Shown one piece after another: positions 27,384 to 35,763 of a stretch of 46,598 nucleotides of DNA. The translations under genes were made by a program, and so were the position numbers. Location: the IMG/VR virus record IMGVR_UViG_3300000932_000036, positions 1 through 46,598 of that record; one strand, 5' to 3'. How positions within the stretch are numbered: the stretch's first letter is position 1; each line of letters begins with the position of its first letter. This stretch comes from a virus (taxonomy: Duplodnaviria > Caudoviricetes). The notes under the pieces were generated by a model. That model had not been told where the DNA came from and made no database searches. It worked only from the letters and a program-made list of their open reading frames with translations.

Positions 27384-28281
27384 GCAGGCGTTCTTCTAGG
27401 TTGATATACTCTATTCGTGCATCCTGACGGACGCGGATCTTGTCCCGCTCGGGGATCTCGAGGGCTTCGATCTGACGGGCCACATCCTGCCGGTCGATGC
27501 TGTGCAGACCCACATCACCGGGCGAAAGGCTGTAGTATCGGATCGGCTTGGCAAACTGCTCTGCAGGCGGCTTCTCGGGATCGTCCTTATCCAGTCCCAG
27601 CATGCGGGATGCCTGGACGATCAGATTCCCGTAGACTTCCCAGTCTTTGGCACTGGCAGCATTGTCCCGGACGATGATGGCCGCTTCCTGCAGCTGCTCG
27701 GCCAGCTTGTGACGCATGGCCTTGCGCTCGATCTGCCGGTCGGCATAGAAGAGGTTTACCGCCTCATCATACATCTCAGAGGCGCGGGCATATTTCAGAT
27801 TGAAAGGCCGCTTGGTAAAGAAGGCCACGGCATTGCGTCGGCCATACTTTCGTCCCATCCCGGCCATGACCAGGAGGGCTTCCATGTAGATGGCCTCTTC
27901 ATTCTTCATGCCGTTGAGCGATCCCGACTGGATGTAGTCATTCAGGTTTTCCAGCAAGTGCTTTTCCTCAAATCCCCCGAAGATGTCCAGCTTGGAGATC
28001 TCCCAGGATTTGTTTCTCCGGATCTTGGCCAGATGCTCGGAGGCAGTCACATTGCCTCCTTCGGTCGCCTGCAGGAGTGCCAGTTGCTCCTTTGCGGCTG
28101 CCATCAGCTTTCCCCGTCGGATGTAGTAGCCTACTTTGCTCTCGGGGTCTTCAGCAGCCTGGATAAAGTAGATTTTATCCACATCGAAATACAGGGCCAT
28201 ATCCTCCAGGGAATAACCCAGAGCGGACAGATTTTCGAGTTCTTTGGCGACTTCTTCGGTGAGTGCAAGACCTATATTCAT
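27346..28281 (-). CDS. Putative terminase small subunit
   Basis: Immediately upstream of terL with an HTH-like N-terminus (LGYSLEDMALYFDV). At 311 aa it is long for a TerS. Confidence 0.5.
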   Translation of the reverse strand: MNIGLALTEEVAKELENLSALGYSLEDMALYFDVDKIYFIQAAEDPESKVGYYIRRGKLMAAAKEQLALLQATEGGNVTASEHLAKIRRNKSWEISKLDIFGGFEEKHLLENLNDYIQSGSLNGMKNEEAIYMEALLVMAGMGRKYGRRNAVAFFTKRPFNLKYARASEMYDEAVNLFYADRQIERKAMRHKLAEQLQEAAIIVRDNAASAKDWEVYGNLIVQASRMLGLDKDDPEKPPAEQFAKPIRYYSLSPGDVGLHSIDRQDVARQIEALEIPERDKIRVRQDARIEYINLEERLHELEEDSQPEES

Positions 28282-28290
28282 AGCTTGAAT

Positions 28291-28887
28291 TTAATGCTCA
28301 GATGAGGGCTCAGAAGGACAGATGCAGGATTTCCGGAAGGCGTAGACCTGAGGATCATTCATCCAGATGTACTGCTCGTGCAGGGCATTCTCGGAGAAGT
28401 TGCCCGATCCTTCGACGACAAAGTGATGGCTCCCGGACTGCATCAGGGTAATCTTACTGTGATTCCAGCAGTAGTTGACCGTGAAGTCACGGCTCTGCCG
28501 CTGCAGCTCGATCAGATCATAGACCTTAGGCATGCGGTGCCGGATACTGTCTGAGATACTCAGCCGGATCCGCTTGATCTGACCTTTGTCATACCACTTC
28601 AGCATGCTGGTCAGGATGCGCTCGTTGAGCGAATAAGTGGATAGGCAAAGCTCTTCGATTTCTCCCACATGCTTGATCACATAGACGATAAAGGTGAAGG
28701 CATTGAAGCTTTTCAGCGTAAAGAGAAAGACAGCCTCCCCAGGCTCTGGAACCTTTCCTGCCAGTTTTTTGAGGGACTCAATCTTAGCCTCGTGCTTTCG
28801 GACGAATTTTGCCCGGAGCACTTCCGACCGGTCTCCTGCCTGAACTGGCTCGGGAGGGTTTAATTCCGACAGGCTGAATAGCTTCAT
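28291..28887 (-). CDS. Phospholipase D-superfamily (single HxK) nuclease-like protein
   Basis: NHSKITL...VVEGSGNFS motif and an upstream LSTYSL strand typical of PLD-like domains. Confidence 0.7.
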   Translation of the reverse strand: MKLFSLSELNPPEPVQAGDRSEVLRAKFVRKHEAKIESLKKLAGKVPEPGEAVFLFTLKSFNAFTFIVYVIKHVGEIEELCLSTYSLNERILTSMLKWYDKGQIKRIRLSISDSIRHRMPKVYDLIELQRQSRDFTVNYCWNHSKITLMQSGSHHFVVEGSGNFSENALHEQYIWMNDPQVYAFRKSCICPSEPSSEH

Positions 28888-29555
28888 TGATACTTCATCA
28901 GGAGTTTGGTGACTTCATCCAACTGCATGCGTTTCCAGCGCAGACGCTCGGTGCGCTCGGCCTCGAGATGGGGCTTGGTGCCGGAGCTCAGCTCCTTTTC
29001 GATCCGCCAGATATTATGCTCGAGTTTTCCTTTTAGCTGGACCAGCTCGACAGGGTTGAGCGTTCGGAGGCTTTCCAGTTCGCGCAGCTGCCTGAAGACG
29101 GGATGCTTGCCCAGGACATGGCCGTGCTCTTTGTAGTGGACAAATTCGGCGATGATAGCCCGGTTTTCCAGATAGGATCTGACCAGGACTTTGACCGTGG
29201 CCAACTGCTCTTCCGGAGTCACGCAGTCAAAGAGCAGGGCATGGGCTTGGGTATATCGGTGATAGGCGGAGATCTTGTCAGCTGCCAGGATCTTGAGTTC
29301 AGGCGGGCAGTTGGGTTCGTTCAGGAAGGGCCAATTGTCTCGAAACTTCTCCCGCTTGGTGATCTGCTCGGGCTTCAGCCCAAATCGGCGGCAGAGCTCA
29401 TGGATCAGAATGGGATAATTGGCCTCGCTGTCAGCCTGGATCAGCTTCAGAAAGGGGTGATCATCCCCTGCCAGCAAAGCAAAAAGCCGGACACCCTCAT
29501 GCAGAGGTGCGCCCGACTTTACCCAGCCTATTATCTCCAGCCTCATTTCTCCCAC
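28884..29555 (-). CDS. Helical phage protein of unknown function (223 aa)
   Basis: Overlaps both neighbours in the head operon. Confidence 0.75.
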   Translation of the reverse strand: MGEMRLEIIGWVKSGAPLHEGVRLFALLAGDDHPFLKLIQADSEANYPILIHELCRRFGLKPEQITKREKFRDNWPFLNEPNCPPELKILAADKISAYHRYTQAHALLFDCVTPEEQLATVKVLVRSYLENRAIIAEFVHYKEHGHVLGKHPVFRQLRELESLRTLNPVELVQLKGKLEHNIWRIEKELSSGTKPHLEAERTERLRWKRMQLDEVTKLLMKYQ

Positions 29556-30502
29556 CGCGATTTCTCAGGAAACAGGTTCTTGAGATACGGCAGGACGTGA
29601 GGCCATCCTTTATCATTGTGATTGATGAATTTGCGCTCTTCGAAGACCCGCTTCAGGATCGTTGGATTCGGACTGGAAGACCAGACCGAAGCCACGATGG
29701 ATCCGCGGTCATCATTACGGGTAATGATGGGACGCTCGTCCGGAAAGTGGGTATTGAAGTAGAGCGAACTGATCAGGAAGCCTTCCTTCTGGCACTTGTA
29801 CTCGGTCAGTGTCTCAGCCAGCTTATCTTTCTCAAAGGCTACCGGCATATGCGTCGCATAGTCGTAGATCCTTGCCAGCTTGCGCTTGGCGAGTGCCTGG
29901 ACGGTGCGGATGCTGTTTTCCCGATAGACTCCACCTGCAGCTCCTTTCTCGGTGAGGGTACCCATGGCTTTGCGCACCAGGATATCCTCGGGATATACCG
30001 GAGCTACCGGATAGATGTCATCATTGGACCAGACAAAGGCATCATTCACCAGCTCCGAAGCGATCACAGTGGCGAGCTTGTCGGCCACATCGATCTGAGG
30101 ATTGGTATTGACGCGCTTGTGTGCGATGTGGATGATATCCCCGCCAAACCAAGATGCATGATCACCGACGATGATGATCCGTCCTAATTCCTTGAAGTTC
30201 TTTTGCCAGGCACGGACTGCATAGAGCAGCTCATCGCCTTTGGCCAGCTTGGCCACATAGGGGATCACCACATCAATGCCTAGGTGACGGGGAACTTCTG
30301 CAACTGTGTCCGCGGACTCATCTTTCTGTTGAGATTCCTCCTGGGGAGCTTCCTCCGTTTTCACAGCTTCTTTAGTCTCCTCTTCCACTTGGGTTTCCTC
30401 CTTTTTGGGAGCAGTGGATCTTCTGGTTGCCGGCTTCTTGGCAGCAGGTTTTTTGGAAGTAGCAGAGGCGGAAACCGCCCCTGCTGTTTTTTTAGTGGTC
30501 AT
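29543..30502 (-). CDS. Stealth-family-like sugar-phosphate transferase with a low-complexity N-terminus
   Basis: Ordered motifs IDVVIPYV (CR1-like), DELLYAVRAWQKN and FVWSNDDIY (CR2-like), THMPVAF (CR3-like) and FINHND (CR4-like). Confidence 0.65.
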   Translation of the reverse strand: MTTKKTAGAVSASATSKKPAAKKPATRRSTAPKKEETQVEEETKEAVKTEEAPQEESQQKDESADTVAEVPRHLGIDVVIPYVAKLAKGDELLYAVRAWQKNFKELGRIIIVGDHASWFGGDIIHIAHKRVNTNPQIDVADKLATVIASELVNDAFVWSNDDIYPVAPVYPEDILVRKAMGTLTEKGAAGGVYRENSIRTVQALAKRKLARIYDYATHMPVAFEKDKLAETLTEYKCQKEGFLISSLYFNTHFPDERPIITRNDDRGSIVASVWSSSPNPTILKRVFEERKFINHNDKGWPHVLPYLKNLFPEKSRWEK

Positions 30503-30514
30503 AAGCGATCAGGA

Positions 30515-31075
30515 TTAGATTCCGCCAGATCCGGAGCTTCCTTCTACAGGATCGTCCGCCACAGGAGGATCTTCACCCGTCCAATGGAGCGACTTATTCC
30601 GAGTACGCTGTCCCTGTGTCCAGGTAAGCGTAGTCATCTTGCCCTCATTGTTATCCTGTCCTTCGGCTGCGAAGTACAGGGGATTACAAGGAGTACCGTG
30701 CAGGCGCTTGCCCTCTCCGTCGCCACATTCCTCGGTGATCAGGATATGACCTTCATTGAGGTCTTCCTGAAGCCAGCCTGAGGCATGCTTGTCATCACCT
30801 GGACGATTTCCGCCCACAGTAGCAATCCAGCCTGCCATCTCATCCTGAGGGTCTCCATCCGTACTGTCAGCACGGTTGATCGATCTCGGAGTGAGATAGA
30901 TAGCGATTCCTTTCGCGCCTTCTTTCAAGGTGAAGTTTCCTGTAGCCACGACACCATTTCTTCCAGGGAAGACATTGACATCAGAGGCACGATATACTTT
31001 CACATTAGGCTTTTTAGGGACGGGAGCTCCCGCCCCCGTCTTGATCTTTGGTAAGGATACTTTTACGTAAGTCAT
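30515..31075 (-). CDS. Putative major tail tube-like structural protein
   Basis: 186-aa Gly/Thr-rich beta protein directly after the capsid gene. Ends in EGSSGSGGI. Confidence 0.55.
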   Translation of the reverse strand: MTYVKVSLPKIKTGAGAPVPKKPNVKVYRASDVNVFPGRNGVVATGNFTLKEGAKGIAIYLTPRSINRADSTDGDPQDEMAGWIATVGGNRPGDDKHASGWLQEDLNEGHILITEECGDGEGKRLHGTPCNPLYFAAEGQDNNEGKMTTLTWTQGQRTRNKSLHWTGEDPPVADDPVEGSSGSGGI

Positions 31076-31088
31076 AATATGCTATCGT

Positions 31089-32669
31089 TTAGATTCCTCC
31101 TCCTCCGGAGCTGCCAAATTCAGTGACTGACTTTGCAGGGTCAGTACCCTTGTTCTGCTGATAGGTGGTGTGAGCACCATAGACAGAAGTGATCAATGCC
31201 TTAGGATTGTATCCTGATGGCACGTAGGCAAAGACTGCCTCACCATAAGCGAACCCGACTCCTAGCCAGTATTCACCGAATAGCTTCGCCTCATAATTGT
31301 GACGCTGCACGTCGTTGATGACGTTTGGCAGGTCATTCTTATGACGGAGCTTTTTGAGGTTCATCCCCGGAGTGGCAAAGAGGATCGGAGATCCATACAT
31401 GCCGTCCATCGGAACCAATACCTGATTGGAGAAATCGATTCTGTCGCCTCCAAAGTTTGGATCAGTGGTACCGCTACCGGCACCCCATACGTTTTTGTAG
31501 GCAATCTTATATCGTCTCCAGAACTCATAGGAGCAGGCGATATTCATGGTTTGTGCCCTGAAGATCGGTGCCAACCAGGCTGTGTAGTCCTTCATGAAGG
31601 TCAGCATCTCCTGATCGGTGCAGTTGGTATAGTCAAAGCCATCCCCGTCGAAATAGTTGAATTTCTTAGGATTGCCATTGCCAAGAGAATCTACCAATAG
31701 AGTCTCCAATCCGTCCATGGAGTCTTCCGGAGCTGATCCGGCCTGACCTTCTGATACTACGCCCGCATCCACAAACTTGCCTTTGAAGATCATTCGCAGC
31801 TCGATGTCCTGCATCAGCTGAGGATAGACAAGCTGTCCCCAGATGTACTTGGTGATCGGCATCTGATCCACAGAAAGCCCTTCTTCATACATGTGGAGTG
31901 CATAAGACTCCAATACTTCAGAAGGAATCACAGAGACGTTGATCTTGTGTCTGAAATTCTGGATTTTCAAAGGTGTTAGCTTTGTCTTACCAGAAGGTGT
32001 CCAGACATTTTTGAACTGCTGTGATACAGAACTAATCAAAGGCTGAGTAGCTCTCCATTCAGTGATTGCCATCCCTGAAGTGAAGTATTTAGCGGAGCTA
32101 AATCCCTGGAATAGTGCTTTCACCTCTTCCAGATTGTTCTGGTTTTGACTCAGGTAAGTACCAAACTCCTCCTTTAGATCAGCCACATCGATCGTCGAAG
32201 CCGCAGCTTCCACATCTCGCATGCGTCCGGTCTTGATGAAGTGGTTCACTTCGGCATAGTGCGCGGCGTTGACCTTGATCCCTTTGATCCTAGGCACGCC
32301 TTCCTTGCCCTTTGGCAGTGCATCTGCACCAGCCTCCGGCTTGGGGTCCTCCTCTTCCTCGGCACTCAGTGTGCCGACGAGCTTCTGAAGCTTGACTTTT
32401 TCGGCTTCGGCTGCCTGCAGCTTCGCCTGAATGTCAGCCACCTCCTTCTTGTGCTTATCAGCCAAGCCCAAGATGGTATCCGCACCGATGTCGGTGCTCT
32501 CTGACGCTTCGCCTCCGGAAGTGATATAGGTCTCAAGTGCCTTGGCCTTTTCCTCTCCCAGAAGCGAAGTGATCTCTGTGCGCTGGTCCTCGGTGAGGCC
32601 AGGCTTGCCATCGACTTTGAATTCCTTGACTCCAAAGAATGCAAGCATCGATGCTAAGAGTTTTTTCAT
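31089..32669 (-). CDS. Major capsid protein with an N-terminal scaffold-like region
   Basis: Follows the S49 protease. About 150-aa coiled-coil / acidic leader, then a capsid-sized domain (IFKG...MDGL). Ends in EFGSSGGGGI. Confidence 0.8.
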   Translation of the reverse strand: MKKLLASMLAFFGVKEFKVDGKPGLTEDQRTEITSLLGEEKAKALETYITSGGEASESTDIGADTILGLADKHKKEVADIQAKLQAAEAEKVKLQKLVGTLSAEEEEDPKPEAGADALPKGKEGVPRIKGIKVNAAHYAEVNHFIKTGRMRDVEAAASTIDVADLKEEFGTYLSQNQNNLEEVKALFQGFSSAKYFTSGMAITEWRATQPLISSVSQQFKNVWTPSGKTKLTPLKIQNFRHKINVSVIPSEVLESYALHMYEEGLSVDQMPITKYIWGQLVYPQLMQDIELRMIFKGKFVDAGVVSEGQAGSAPEDSMDGLETLLVDSLGNGNPKKFNYFDGDGFDYTNCTDQEMLTFMKDYTAWLAPIFRAQTMNIACSYEFWRRYKIAYKNVWGAGSGTTDPNFGGDRIDFSNQVLVPMDGMYGSPILFATPGMNLKKLRHKNDLPNVINDVQRHNYEAKLFGEYWLGVGFAYGEAVFAYVPSGYNPKALITSVYGAHTTYQQNKGTDPAKSVTEFGSSGGGGI

Positions 32670-32687
32670 TTGCTTGTGATTAATGGT

Positions 32688-33644
32688 TTATGATAGATTT
32701 TTCGCGTGAGTCAGTGTCTGTGCGACCTGCACGGCTGTCATGCTGTCGCCGAGCTTGTCGATGAGTCCGTAGGACTTGGCTTCGTCTGAGAAGAATGTCC
32801 GTCCGGAAAGAATGCCTTCCACATCAGCTTTGAGCTTGCCGGCCCGGTTTTTCTTTACCGCCTCCTGGAAGGATTTGGCCATCGGGTCTAGGAATTGCTT
32901 CTGCATGATGGTATAGTCTCCATCGAGTGCCTCGACGTGACCTTCATGCTTGTGCTCGCTGTAGGTGGAATAGATCAGATGGGTCTTGACGCCGGCTTTG
33001 GCCTGGAGCTCCCGATAGTCGGTGAGCTGCATCATCACTCCGATACTGCCGACGATGGCCGAAATACTGTTGTCCGCGACGATGTAATCCGTCTCGGAAG
33101 CGGTCCAGTAGGCGGCTGATGCGGCTAGATCGACGGAAGCCACGACGGGCTTGCCCTTGCTCTTGGCATAGCGGATCGCCTCAGTGAGCGGAGCCACGGC
33201 ATCTACCGCACCTCCTCCGGAGTCGATGTCCAGCACGAGCGAACCGATGTTTTTGTGATCGGCAGCTTCGCGTACCATCGCCGCGATCTCCTTGGTACCA
33301 TAGCTGCACCAGGTCCCATACTTCAGCATGGTGCCTTTGACGGGGATGATGGCCGTGGAGCCGGGAGCGGCATTGGCCCAGGGGTCCATTTGCTCCTCCT
33401 CATCCAACTCGTCTTCATCATCCCACTCACGGAGCAGGAAGGAAGTACGGCTGAGGGATTCGGATACGGCAGTCAGCTGCAGGGATCTTCGCGGTCGCAG
33501 GGTGCTGAGCTTGACAGCTCGCTGGCCGATGATCTCACGGGCCTGATCGAGCAGTCCGCTGATCTCCTCCGGTCGCACAAAGAATTGCCCTCGGGCGATC
33601 TGAGAAATAAGTAAGAAAGGCCAGTTGGCCGCGAGTCTGTACAT
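32688..33644 (-). CDS. S49 (SppA/ClpP-like) head maturation protease
   Basis: LDIDSGGG, AASAAYW, VGSIGV and GLIDKLG motifs. Confidence 0.92.
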   Translation of the reverse strand: MYRLAANWPFLLISQIARGQFFVRPEEISGLLDQAREIIGQRAVKLSTLRPRRSLQLTAVSESLSRTSFLLREWDDEDELDEEEQMDPWANAAPGSTAIIPVKGTMLKYGTWCSYGTKEIAAMVREAADHKNIGSLVLDIDSGGGAVDAVAPLTEAIRYAKSKGKPVVASVDLAASAAYWTASETDYIVADNSISAIVGSIGVMMQLTDYRELQAKAGVKTHLIYSTYSEHKHEGHVEALDGDYTIMQKQFLDPMAKSFQEAVKKNRAGKLKADVEGILSGRTFFSDEAKSYGLIDKLGDSMTAVQVAQTLTHAKNLS

Positions 33645-33675
33645 GATCCTGTGGTCTGACTAGTATTCTGGAATA

Positions 33676-33710
33676 CAAGAATACCCAGCCACAGAAGCCA
33701 CAGAAAGGAC
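33676..33710 (-). promoter_or_regulatory. Putative phage late promoter (head operon)
   Basis: Minus strand GTCCTTT-N20-TATTCTTG, 32 nt upstream of the protease start. Confidence 0.65.
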
Positions 33711-33740
33711 GGAAAAAGTGCTTAATTCACATATATGTCA

Positions 33741-34520
33741 TTACCCCAAGTCAATTGCTCTCACCAAGATCTGCTTATTGGAGTCAATCACAAATGAGTG
33801 ATTAAACGTACCTGAACCAGGAATGCTTACTGGCTGCGAATCAATCAATGCTGAATCTATAAGCAATTGTAGGAATGGTGATACAGGCGAGCCTTGTGCC
33901 AAGTCTAAGTAAGAGTATTGCACCCGGATAGTATCTCCCTCAAATACATCCACAGAACCAGTACCATTTCCAAACTGCTCAACTTTAAGTACCTCGTTGG
34001 CATATATCCTGACATTCGCATCGATGAAGTCAGGATCTGAAGCCCATTCTGAAAGTTCCCAATTTATTGTTAGAGCTTCTGGCTCAGGCTCAGGTTCTGG
34101 TTCAGGCTCAGGATTTGGTTCATTCTCTTCTGGCACTCCTGCAAAACTCCAAGGGAAATGCCAGGACTGATGCGTAAATGAAATAGGCTTTTGCCGAAGA
34201 CTGACCGTCTCATCCAGACGAACAGGTAGGTCAGGGTCTCCTACTATATAAGGTGTCTCATCCTGATCAGTGCTGATCCTCAAGATGACTATCTGATGAA
34301 GATCCAGTTTGGCCCGGAGCATTGCTGAGAAGCTGGACTCGTAGAGACGCCCAGCTTTGGTGTGTGACTTTCGTACGCTGAGGGTGGCCCCTGGGATGAT
34401 CGGAATCTCTGTCCAACTCGCATCGATCAGAAGATGACCCGGTGAAGCTTCTATAAAAGTATTGATCGCCGATACGGGAGCGTATTCCAGGCGGCATATA
34501 TTGCTGATGCGTTCGGTCAT
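33741..34520 (-). CDS. Two-domain protein: tube-like N-domain, (EP)n linker, beta-rich C-domain
   Basis: The linker EPNPEPEPEPEPEPE separates the domains, and the C-terminal coding part is more AT-rich. Confidence 0.7.
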   Translation of the reverse strand: MTERISNICRLEYAPVSAINTFIEASPGHLLIDASWTEIPIIPGATLSVRKSHTKAGRLYESSFSAMLRAKLDLHQIVILRISTDQDETPYIVGDPDLPVRLDETVSLRQKPISFTHQSWHFPWSFAGVPEENEPNPEPEPEPEPEPEALTINWELSEWASDPDFIDANVRIYANEVLKVEQFGNGTGSVDVFEGDTIRVQYSYLDLAQGSPVSPFLQLLIDSALIDSQPVSIPGSGTFNHSFVIDSNKQILVRAIDLG

Positions 34521-34562
34521 TTTTACGAGTGTTTTTCGTGATATCGGCGAAAGAAATTCGGG

Positions 34563-35096
34563 TTATTTTTGAAGGTATTTTTCGGGCTCGCACTCGATAC
34601 GCTGATTGCGGGACCAGGCTTTTTGAAACAGCTGCTCGACTTGCTCCTCAAATGCCCGGAGCTCTTCCCGGTACTGCCGCTTCTTGATCGTCTCATTGTC
34701 TGAAAACAAGCTGGTCAATTTCCGCGAAACGATATAGGACTCAATCACCTCCTTCTGCTGATAGCCTTTGCGGATGCCCTTCAGGTAGTAGCGGTCCATG
34801 TCCAGGTGATAGATCACTTCAAGTAGGTCATTGATCCGGTGCACATCCTCGGCAGTGTAGTGGAGAAAGTGATTCGGTGCCGTATCCAGACCCTTGCAGT
34901 GTGGAAGCCGAAGCATCACCGTGCCTTCGGTAGGCTCTTCCTTTACAGGCCGATCCGAGTACCGGACAAAGCAGGTAAGCAGCTTGCCTGCTTCGCTGTC
35001 TCGGGTGACCTTCAGACTGCCGTCCGGCAGCTCTTCAAATAGGTATCGGAGAAATAGTCTGATGACTTGCTTTTTGACCGTGATCGCTAACTTCAT
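34563..35096 (-). CDS. Hypothetical protein, candidate late-gene regulator
   Basis: ATG 35096 (MKLAITVKK). Basic helical protein at the early/late junction. Function inferred from position only. Confidence 0.6.
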   Translation of the reverse strand: MKLAITVKKQVIRLFLRYLFEELPDGSLKVTRDSEAGKLLTCFVRYSDRPVKEEPTEGTVMLRLPHCKGLDTAPNHFLHYTAEDVHRINDLLEVIYHLDMDRYYLKGIRKGYQQKEVIESYIVSRKLTSLFSDNETIKKRQYREELRAFEEQVEQLFQKAWSRNQRIECEPEKYLQK

Positions 35097-35205
35097 TGAC
35101 TGGCTTTTTCTTAAAAATAAACCTGTTGCGTGAGTATTGCAACTATTGCGCCAGTGCAACACGAAAACTTTTGAGTCTGAGTTTTACACCAAAATACTGT
35201 GTTTT

Positions 35206-35569
35206 TGTAACCGCTTGTTTTCGATAGGTTAACCTATTGATTTATAGACTTTTGACTAGTTAAGGAATCCAGAGTCAGACTTGTAACCGTAACGGCTTAA
35301 AGTTGTAACCAGAGCGCTGATTCTTTTCGGTTACAGAACTTTTGTAACCAGCCTTTTTTGACACAAAAAAATATTGGGTTTCTTAACCTTCTAATTAATT
35401 GATTTTCAGGGGTATTATTATAGAATTCACTTTTTTGTTAAGAAGTTACAGTTTTTTTAAGTAAAATTAAGTTCAAAGGATACAAAGGAAAAAGCAGCAG
35501 GAGATCTTCTAAAGTGAAAGTGGCAATCGGCATCCCTGGAGCAGAGCTCCGGGATAAGAGAATGTAACC
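35206..35569. repeat. TGTAACC iteron-like array, candidate replication origin
   Basis: TGTAACC at 35206, 35282, 35304, 35343 and 35563, inverted at 35329, near-copy at 35444. Palindrome ATAGGTTAACCTAT at 35224-35237. AT-rich. Confidence 0.6.
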
Positions 35570-35763
35570 CCGTGTGCCACGGGCTGATCGCGATGGGGAA
35601 GGAAAGATCCGGAGCATGAAAGGCTTGTCCTGAGCAGCTTACTCTGAGCACTAGAGCGACGAGAGTCGCGGATACCGAAGGGAAGGCTCTGAGAATCGCA
35701 TATATGAAAAAAATCTGTACGAGTGGGCGTACAATAGAAAATAGACTCTCAAATTTTAATAAC

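Noticed and set aside
30503-30517. Stop-codon readthrough fusing the tube-like protein to the Stealth-like enzyme
   Set aside because: The genes are in frame with a 12-nt gap, but a second in-frame stop (TGA) follows the TAA. Capsid and tube genes are out of frame with each other.
30515-31121. Ubiquitin-like C-terminal Gly-Gly conjugation
   Set aside because: Both tags end in GG-Ile rather than a free GG, and no E1, E2 or JAB genes are recognisable in the window.
35206-35569. CRISPR array
   Set aside because: The repeats are only 7 nt, irregularly spaced and in both orientations, and there are no cas genes.
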